A stretch of 64,000 bases of DNA from an uncultured bacterium. Lineage in GTDB: Bacteria > Acidobacteriota > HRBIN11 > JAKEFK01. The notes under the pieces are model-generated. The model saw nothing but the letters and a program-made list of their open reading frames with translations. It was not told the origin of the DNA and ran no database searches. The translations under genes and the position numbers were made by a program. Below are positions 60,036-64,000 of the stretch, piece after piece. Positions within the stretch are counted from its first letter, which is position 1. Each line of letters starts with the position of its first letter. The DNA is taken from assembly GCA_963777505.1 (NCBI GenBank), contig CAVZQN010000008.1:160001-224000 (forward strand), read 5' to 3'.

Positions 60036-62810
60036 ATGAATTCTCTTCCTTCAGAGCTATCGAGTCATTTTCCGTTCCTCCGGCTTCCATCCTTTGACGA
60101 AATCTCGATCCAATGGTTTGAACCAATCGCAAGGATCCATTCCTATATATTTATCGCTCTTCAAAAACGGAAATCATCTAAGTTTGAAGAACTCCTGTTG
60201 AAAGATCTTCCTTTTTCCAAAGAATATTCAAAACCGGATTCTTCCAAGACTTCGGATAAGAATGAAACAGATTTTCTGCAAGCTGTACGCGATCTGCAAG
60301 AATTGAATTTGTTAAGCAGTCCGAACGGCAGGATTACTGTAAGTTATGGGGATCAAGCGCAAGATGTTTTTCCATTTCTCATCCTGAGACAAGACCAGTT
60401 GTTTTGGATCAATGGTTTAACTCCATGCGGTCTTGTGTATGCAAGTCTTTCAGGAGATTCCTATACGATCGATTTTGCCTCCTCAGAATTTGATGGAACA
60501 CTCGATGCATTACTTGAACGAGGATGGTATCGGGTCTTGATAAAGCTTCTGGAGGAAGTTCCGGAACAACACAAGAAATCCTACGAAAATAGACTCTATT
60601 CCTCACGGTGTTTTCTTGCTTGTGATTATTACAAAGCAAGACAATTCAACAATGCAGTTGCTGAGTTTGAAAAGGCCATGTTGATTCAATCCAACATGCC
60701 GCAACTTTATTACAATCTTGCACTCAGTTATGCGCGCTTGAATGAACACCGCAAAGGAATTCATATATTGAGCAAACTGAGTCGTATTCGTCCCAACCAG
60801 CCAAAAACATACGAACTATTAGGGGACTTTTATTTCCACTTAACAGAATGGGAACGCGCCTTATCACTGTATCGCCGCGCCTATGAGTTTTCCGATAACA
60901 AAATAAATATTGAAACAAAAATTAAGAAAATTGAAGAAAAAACGGGTAAGACAAAAGCGGAAGGCCGGAAAGAAGATGAAAAAGAGGAAAGATTTTCAAT
61001 CCATTCTTGTCTTCAAGATTTGACAGCAGAAGCCGAACTCGGAAAATTTCAGCCTGTCGTTGGCCGTGAAAAAGAAATACTTCAGATGCAGGAAATTCTT
61101 GCATGTCAAAGCAAGAAAAATGTTTTGATTCTTGGTGACCCTGGTGTTGGAAAAACAGCACTCGTTCAAGAATTTAGTTACAGAATTATTTCCGGTGCTG
61201 TAAGTGAGCGATTTGCGGGACGTCCTTTGTTACGCGTTAATCTTGGAGCCTTGCTGGCTGGAGCAAAATTTCGCGGACAATTTGAAGAACGGGTTATGAA
61301 TTTAATCCGAGAAGCAAAACGCCAGAATTGCATTCTATTTATGGATGATATTCATCAGATTGTAGCCGGTAGTGGTACACGAAATACTGCAACCGAAGCT
61401 TCGCAATTTATGAAGCCTGCATTGCTGAATGATGAAGTACAAGTCATTGGAGCAACGACTCTGGAAGAATTCAGAACAACTGTTGAAAAAGATTCTTCGT
61501 TTCTTCGATGCTTTCAAATTATCCGCTTAGAAGAACCGGATCATGATGTATTGCTCCAAATTGTGCGCGAATACAAGAATGTTCTTGAACGATATCATCG
61601 CGTGACTGTCAGTGATGAATCACTTGAAACAGCTCTTCTTTGGGTGAAAGTTCTCCTGCGAGATCGAGCACTTCCAGATAAAGTGCTTGATGTGCTGGAT
61701 CGCGCAGCGGCAAGAGTTTCAATTCAAGGATTAACCGGGACCGTAACTTCAGAAACTATTCTTGAAACTCTTTCAGAAATCAGCAATGTTCCTTTAAACA
61801 GGATGAGTGTATCGGAGAGAGTTCACTATCGTAATACAGAAGGCTTTCTTGCTCAGCGAGTAGTTGGACAAGAGCCGGCGATCCGAACTGTTTCAAAAGT
61901 TTTGTGCACTTCAAAACTTCGTTTGAATCTAAATCCCGCCCGGCCAAAGGGAATCTTCCTTTTCATTGGTCCTACCGGAGTTGGAAAAACAGAACTTGCG
62001 AAAGCGATGGCCCAATTCTTATTCGGTCATGAAGATCGTATCGTTCGAATCGATATGTCCGAATACATGGAACGTTACAGCGCTTCTCGTTTGATCGGAA
62101 CCTCTCCAGGATATGTAGGATATTATGATCAAAATCAGCTTGTCGATAAAATCCGCACAAATCCTTATAGCCTTATTTTGCTTGATGAAATTGAAAAAGC
62201 AGACCCACAGCTCTTAAGCATTTTCCTTCAAGTCTTTGACGCCGGAAGACTCACTGATGGCAAAGGTAAGGTTGCTTATTTTGACAACACAACGATCGTA
62301 ATGACGAGCAATGTTGGAACGCATCTTTTTGCCCAAAACAGGTTGGGTTACGGGTTGGAGGCAGACGGAGTTCATGTAACTCGTTCAGATCTAATGAAGG
62401 AAGTGAAGCGATTTTTTCAACCTGAATTCTTAAATCGGATCGACGAAATCGTGCTTTTCAATCCGCTCAAATTGGAAAACGTTCGTGAAATCGCTCAAAT
62501 GAAGCTGACCTCTATTTTGGATCAGCTTAAAAAGCAGCAAAAGCAGCTTTTCGTGGATGAGGATGCCCTGATTCAATTATGCAAAATGGGATATGATTAC
62601 GAATATGGCGCTCGTAATCTTGAAAGAGTATTACGGCGCTGCATTTTAGATCATTTGGCTGAGATGGCATTGAGAGAAGATTGGCCTTCGATAAAAACCA
62701 TTTCAGCTGAATTCGCAAACGGTGAATTCTTGCTTAAGACCGATTCGATCACAGGGGTTCATGAGTTGCTTACATCTAATCTTGAAGAGCAGGACTTCAT
62801 GGAGAAATGA
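60036..62810 (+). CDS. Clp/Hsp100-family AAA+ ATPase with an N-terminal TPR region
   Basis: TPRs; GDPGVGKT, GAKFRGQFEER, GPTGVGKT, IDMSEY, GYVGY, LLDEIEK, PEFLNRID, GAR. Confidence 0.9.
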   Translation: MNSLPSELSSHFPFLRLPSFDEISIQWFEPIARIHSYIFIALQKRKSSKFEELLLKDLPFSKEYSKPDSSKTSDKNETDFLQAVRDLQELNLLSSPNGRITVSYGDQAQDVFPFLILRQDQLFWINGLTPCGLVYASLSGDSYTIDFASSEFDGTLDALLERGWYRVLIKLLEEVPEQHKKSYENRLYSSRCFLACDYYKARQFNNAVAEFEKAMLIQSNMPQLYYNLALSYARLNEHRKGIHILSKLSRIRPNQPKTYELLGDFYFHLTEWERALSLYRRAYEFSDNKINIETKIKKIEEKTGKTKAEGRKEDEKEERFSIHSCLQDLTAEAELGKFQPVVGREKEILQMQEILACQSKKNVLILGDPGVGKTALVQEFSYRIISGAVSERFAGRPLLRVNLGALLAGAKFRGQFEERVMNLIREAKRQNCILFMDDIHQIVAGSGTRNTATEASQFMKPALLNDEVQVIGATTLEEFRTTVEKDSSFLRCFQIIRLEEPDHDVLLQIVREYKNVLERYHRVTVSDESLETALLWVKVLLRDRALPDKVLDVLDRAAARVSIQGLTGTVTSETILETLSEISNVPLNRMSVSERVHYRNTEGFLAQRVVGQEPAIRTVSKVLCTSKLRLNLNPARPKGIFLFIGPTGVGKTELAKAMAQFLFGHEDRIVRIDMSEYMERYSASRLIGTSPGYVGYYDQNQLVDKIRTNPYSLILLDEIEKADPQLLSIFLQVFDAGRLTDGKGKVAYFDNTTIVMTSNVGTHLFAQNRLGYGLEADGVHVTRSDLMKEVKRFFQPEFLNRIDEIVLFNPLKLENVREIAQMKLTSILDQLKKQQKQLFVDEDALIQLCKMGYDYEYGARNLERVLRRCILDHLAEMALREDWPSIKTISAEFANGEFLLKTDSITGVHELLTSNLEEQDFMEK

Positions 62811-63784
62811 CCCGGAATAAATCCGGATTGGGGGACTTCATGAGCTTAAGAGGTAGGGCTGTTTTAAAAAGTATACTCACTGGGCTTGGTATCGTCCTTC
62901 TGGTTCTCGCATGTCTCGAGTTCATTCTATATAAAAGGTTGGACAAATTTACAGAAGTTCCACCCGAAAAACATGAAACGACACCAGACGCTCTTCTTTT
63001 GAATGCGAATGAAGTTCGCTTTCATGCTTCAGATGGGGCAGAGCTTCACGGCTGGCTGATTCAAGGATCGCCGGGATGCCCTGCATTCATTATTGCGCAT
63101 GATTACAAATCAAGCCGCTCAAACGTTCTGATTAAATTGGAATCACTTATCTCTTCACTTAATAGACAAGGATACTTTATCTTCTTGTTTGATTTTCGCG
63201 GACACGGTAAGAGTCCGCCGCCAAGCGCTTTAGGATATAAAGAGCATCTTGATCTTCATGCTGCGATCAAAGAAGTTTCAAAATATAAGCAAATTGAACC
63301 ACGCATTGGAGTACTTGGAATTGGAATGGGTGCGATAGCGGCAATTAGAATTTCTGGTAGTGTTGAATCAGTAAAATTCTTGATGCTGGATTCAGTTTAT
63401 GATGATGTTGCTTCAAAGCTTTCAAGAGAAATTACTGATGAATATCCATTCATGCACTTTGCGACACCTGCCCTACTCCATGCTATGAGCTGGAATATGA
63501 CTCCTGTAACAGGCGCGACTTCTCGCAACTTGAACCTTGAAGAATTGTTGCCGAAGTTATATCCAAAACCAGTCTTATTTGTAGAAAAAAATCCACTAAG
63601 CCCCTCGGCACGAAGATTGTACGATGCAACTAAAGAGCCCAAGGAGCTGATTCAACTTGGAGAAACCGCTTCCGGTGATCTAATCGGTGATGTCAGGGAA
63701 CGTTACAAGAACGAAATTGAATCGAAGATTCTTCAACATTTCCCGCCTTCACTTGAACAAACAACAATTGAAATACTAAATTGA
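62807..63784 (+). CDS. Membrane-anchored alpha/beta-hydrolase-fold protein lacking the catalytic Ser
   Basis: DG..L.GW and FDFRGHG motifs, but GIGMG replaces GxSxG; start at 62807 or 62840. Confidence 0.8.
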   Translation: MTRNKSGLGDFMSLRGRAVLKSILTGLGIVLLVLACLEFILYKRLDKFTEVPPEKHETTPDALLLNANEVRFHASDGAELHGWLIQGSPGCPAFIIAHDYKSSRSNVLIKLESLISSLNRQGYFIFLFDFRGHGKSPPPSALGYKEHLDLHAAIKEVSKYKQIEPRIGVLGIGMGAIAAIRISGSVESVKFLMLDSVYDDVASKLSREITDEYPFMHFATPALLHAMSWNMTPVTGATSRNLNLEELLPKLYPKPVLFVEKNPLSPSARRLYDATKEPKELIQLGETASGDLIGDVRERYKNEIESKILQHFPPSLEQTTIEILN

Positions 63785-63803
63785 TCGCAACTTCCTTAAC
63801 TAT

Positions 63804-64000
63804 ATGAAAGATTGGGTGCTTATAACGGGTGGTGCCGGTTTTATTGGATCACATCTTGCAGATTATCTATTGAACAAAGGGTATGCCGTAATCTGCATGG
63901 ACAATCTTCTAACCGGTGATATCTCAAACATCAGTCACATCTACAACAAGGATTTTTTGTTTATTAAACATGATGTTACGCAGTTTATTTATGTCGATAA
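63804..64000 (+). CDS. UDP-glucuronate decarboxylase / NDP-sugar epimerase-dehydratase, 5' part (runs off the window)
   Basis: [18 protein letters not shown]...DNLLTG...HDV read directly. Confidence 0.85.
   Translation, partial: MKDWVLITGGAGFIGSHLADYLLNKGYAVICMDNLLTGDISNISHIYNKDFLFIKHDVTQFIYVD

Noticed and set aside
60036-62810. ClpV / type VI secretion or ClpB call
   Set aside because: No T6SS genes nearby and no ClpB middle coiled coil
849-63642. Numerous 60-165 aa antisense or overlapping ORFs in the track
   Set aside because: They are shadows of well-supported genes, with no motifs or RBS

Overview
Bacterial chromosomal window, most likely Acidobacteriota (inferred from tandem VWFA-related acidobacterial-type proteins and typical gene content). 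It is mostly core and housekeeping genes: an aromatic amino-acid supra-operon (trpE-G-D-CF-B-A-aroH-aroF-tyrA), rimP-nusA-infB-rbfA-truB-lgt-rluD, futalosine-pathway menaquinone genes, kinases, TPR/HEAT proteins, an Omp85 operon and a Clp ATPase. Several single-base frameshifts, one in lgt, point to sequencing indels. The most notable items are not in the ORF track. (1) A secreted thioredoxin-like gene (41038-41995, minus strand) has an in-frame UGA at the position matching Sec of eukaryotic selenoprotein N, followed by a bacterial SECIS-like hairpin. (2) A ribosome-mediated attenuator has a Trp+Tyr leader peptide (MIYCSTINHYYWWYRY). (3) GTAG-type REPs occur throughout, and one forms the TrpC-TrpF fusion linker. 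(4) An oriented ~19-nt non-palindromic repeat sits at gene ends in 11 places. Also present are a TPR-pseudokinase-kinase protein and a TPR-Clp ATPase with a degenerate first AAA module. I saw no rRNA, tRNA, CRISPR array, prophage or transposase. All family assignments come from motif recognition, not database searches.
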